64,000 bases of DNA, from assembly GCF_963921235.1 (NCBI RefSeq), contig NC_086097.1, forward strand, positions 111,044,001 through 111,108,000, in the 5' to 3' direction. A model generated the notes under the pieces. That model searched no databases, was not told the DNA's origin, and worked only from the letters and a program-made list of their open reading frames with translations. The stretch comes from Mobula hypostoma. Taxonomy: Eukaryota. Below are positions 61,846 through 64,000 of this stretch, one piece after another. Numbering within the stretch: position 1 is the stretch's first letter; each line of letters opens with the position of its first letter. The position numbers and the translations under genes were made by a program.

Positions 61846-62217
61846 TTTATTTATATATACACATTTTTTTCCTCTCTCTCTCTCTCCTTTTTCTCCCTCT
61901 GTCCCTCTCACTATACCCCTTGCCCATCCTCTGGGTTTCCCCCCTCCCCCTTTTCTTTCACCCTAGGCCTCCTGTCCCATGATCCTCTCTTATCCCTTTG
62001 GCCAATCAACTGTCCAGCTCTTGGCTCCATCCCTCCTCCTCCTGTCTTCTCCTATCATTTTGGATCTCCCCCTCCCCCTCCCACTTTCAAATCTCTTACT
62101 CGCTCTTCTTTCAGTTAGTCCTGACGAAGGGTTTCGGCCTGAAACGTCGACTGTACCTCTTCCCAGAGATGCTGCTTGGCCTGTTGCGTTCACCAGCAAC
62201 TTTGATGTGTGTTGCTT
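61846..62217 (+). mobile_element. Older Penelope pLTR fragment of another subfamily with a hammerhead at 62117-62152
   Basis: Diverged pLTR outside the TSD of the young element; stem II loop TTCG. Confidence 0.82.
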
Positions 62218-64000
62218 AGTAATAAACAGATCACACAAAGGAGAGCTGGTGGATGTGTTTACTTGGATTTTCGCAAGGCCACTGACATATGTCCCTCTGA
62301 ACCTTGAGGCTGTGTCTCCTAGTTCCAGTCTCACCTACCATGGGGGGGGTTCCAGGCCTGGCTGCAAAAGGAGGTTGTTTAGGCATGAGAGTAGCAACCC
62401 CATCCCATAAAAAAAACCAGTGTGACAGAAACATCAGAAGTTCCAAAGACCTCATCCCTCGCAGAGGAAGGATCTTCAAATATGGGCTATACCTTGAAAG
62501 GCTGGCTTGGGACAAAGGACTCTGGTGAGTTGCTTTCAGCCTATGGCACAATAGGAGTGACGGGGTGGTGAAGAAGTGACTTTTATACCCTTGACTACCA
62601 AAATTCCTAGAGTATTCAGTTTTTTGTATTCCTTTAGCTCTAAGAATACTTCAGCTTAAGAGCTGAAGGATTCTGCAATCGTTTCCAACAAGTGTTTTCT
62701 GAACTTTGAATGGTTTGCATCAAATTTTAAGGTTCACAGTTCTCGACTAAATGCTAATTCCATCTAACCTTTTATTAAATGTTAAACACCTCAATTAAAT
62801 TATACCTTAATTGCCTTTACTTAAAGGAATCCAAATTGATGCAAGTAGTTACCTCAACTTCATTAACAGCCATATAATTTTGATCAATCTTCGTTGTGCT
62901 CCCATTGAAGTCAGTACCTTTCCTGCACTAGAGAATCCAACACAAAATTCCAGATGGGACCTCCAACAATTAATGTTGATGTTTTTGGGGGAAGGGAGGG
63001 GGGTGAACGGTCAGTTAATAGCTCTCACATAGTGCAAACTCTGGGAAGTTTGCACAATGTACCAAACTTCAAGGTCCTTTCAGCCCATCAGTCCAATTAA
63101 ACACAACATATCTGAGGGGTCCTTGTGTAGCCCAGTGAAGCAACAATTTTCGTTATCCCAAAGTAGAGGCCGAGGGTAACAAGGGAGTTAGAATCCAGTT
63201 AATGCTACAAATTCAATTGACACAGCAACTCTATTTACCAAGTCTTGTTCAACGTCTTTCAAAGGGAAAAAATTCTGAGAAAGGATCCAGGACGGAAACA
63301 TTCGCAGTCTTCTTTCCATAGATACCACCTGACCTGCTGAGTATTTCCAGCAACGTCTGTTTTTGTATGAAACAGGATTTTCAAAATGACGTCTTAAAGA
63401 AATGCGGCTAATGTCGATAACTGCTAGGCTGAGGGGCAAGCTTCAGCACTCTAGCGTTCTATAAATAATTGTTAGCATTTACAATTACACTCCTTGACAG
63501 ACATTGTCAATTGGTTTCAATTTAATGTTACATCAGATGTGCTACAGTAAGGCAATGAAATAGTCATTTAATAGCTCAGTCTATCTAAGTTTAATAAAAT
63601 ACACAACATAACCAAGCTCAAGATGTTAACATTAAGTTAGTCTTTGCTTTGATGTATTAATTTATAAAACATGCATTTGTGGATATTATTCACGTCAGCT
63701 GGTATTCAAAAGCAATACCTGGTTAATATTCTACAGCAAACCATATATTGATTATTTAAGGGTTTCATTATTCTGTTGGAGGTAAGAGCTTACAATTCCC
63801 ATATTTGAAGTTCCCATTCTCCAAATCTGAACAGACACTTAAAGCACTATTTGAGTATGTTTGCAAAGTAGACATCAACAATACTTATTGAAACCCCTAG
63901 ATAAACTCAAGGTTCAGTACTAAATGCCTTGGAAAAAAAAATGCAAGCTTCAAGCAACATAATTTTCTCTTCCAAAATGCTTCTCCTACACTACCATGGC

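Noticed and set aside
61846..62217. Inverted 5' pLTR belonging to the full-length element
   Set aside because: It lies outside the 14-bp TSD and is clearly more diverged, so it is a separate older insertion.
1..64000. CRISPR arrays, rRNA, true tRNA genes or prokaryotic operons
   Set aside because: None seen; the sequence is vertebrate intronic DNA and the tRNA-like boxes belong to SINEs.

Overview
Eukaryotic (vertebrate) genomic DNA. The repeat content (V-SINE/HE1-type SINEs, dense CR1, Rex1/Babar and Neptune-type Penelope elements) suggests a cartilaginous fish, probably a ray; this is inference. The window lies inside a minus-strand GOLGA4 (golgin-245) gene. Seven exons with GT-AG borders splice into one 314-codon frame, including a probable 78-nt cassette exon. 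The introns are mostly transposons: a full-length L1 with both ORFs open and a 16-bp TSD, nested CR1 and Rex1/Babar LINEs, two solo LTRs, Tc1/pogo-type DNA elements and SINEs. The most interesting system is a young Penelope-like (Neptune-type) family seen in several forms: a near-intact 4.15-kb tandem-pLTR copy with one frameshift, a 3.5-kb fold-back with ~1.7-kb arms, and ~190-220-bp palindromic mini-insertions. Nearly all carry a minimal hammerhead ribozyme motif (some degenerate) and 13-16-bp TSDs. The mini-palindromes fold back at the 5' edge of the ribozyme, and inverted arms lack a ~35-nt 3' tail. Hammerheads in Penelope elements are already known; the fold-back-at-ribozyme pattern and any effect on the host pre-mRNA are hypotheses. 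All alignments were done by eye, so old-repeat boundaries are approximate.
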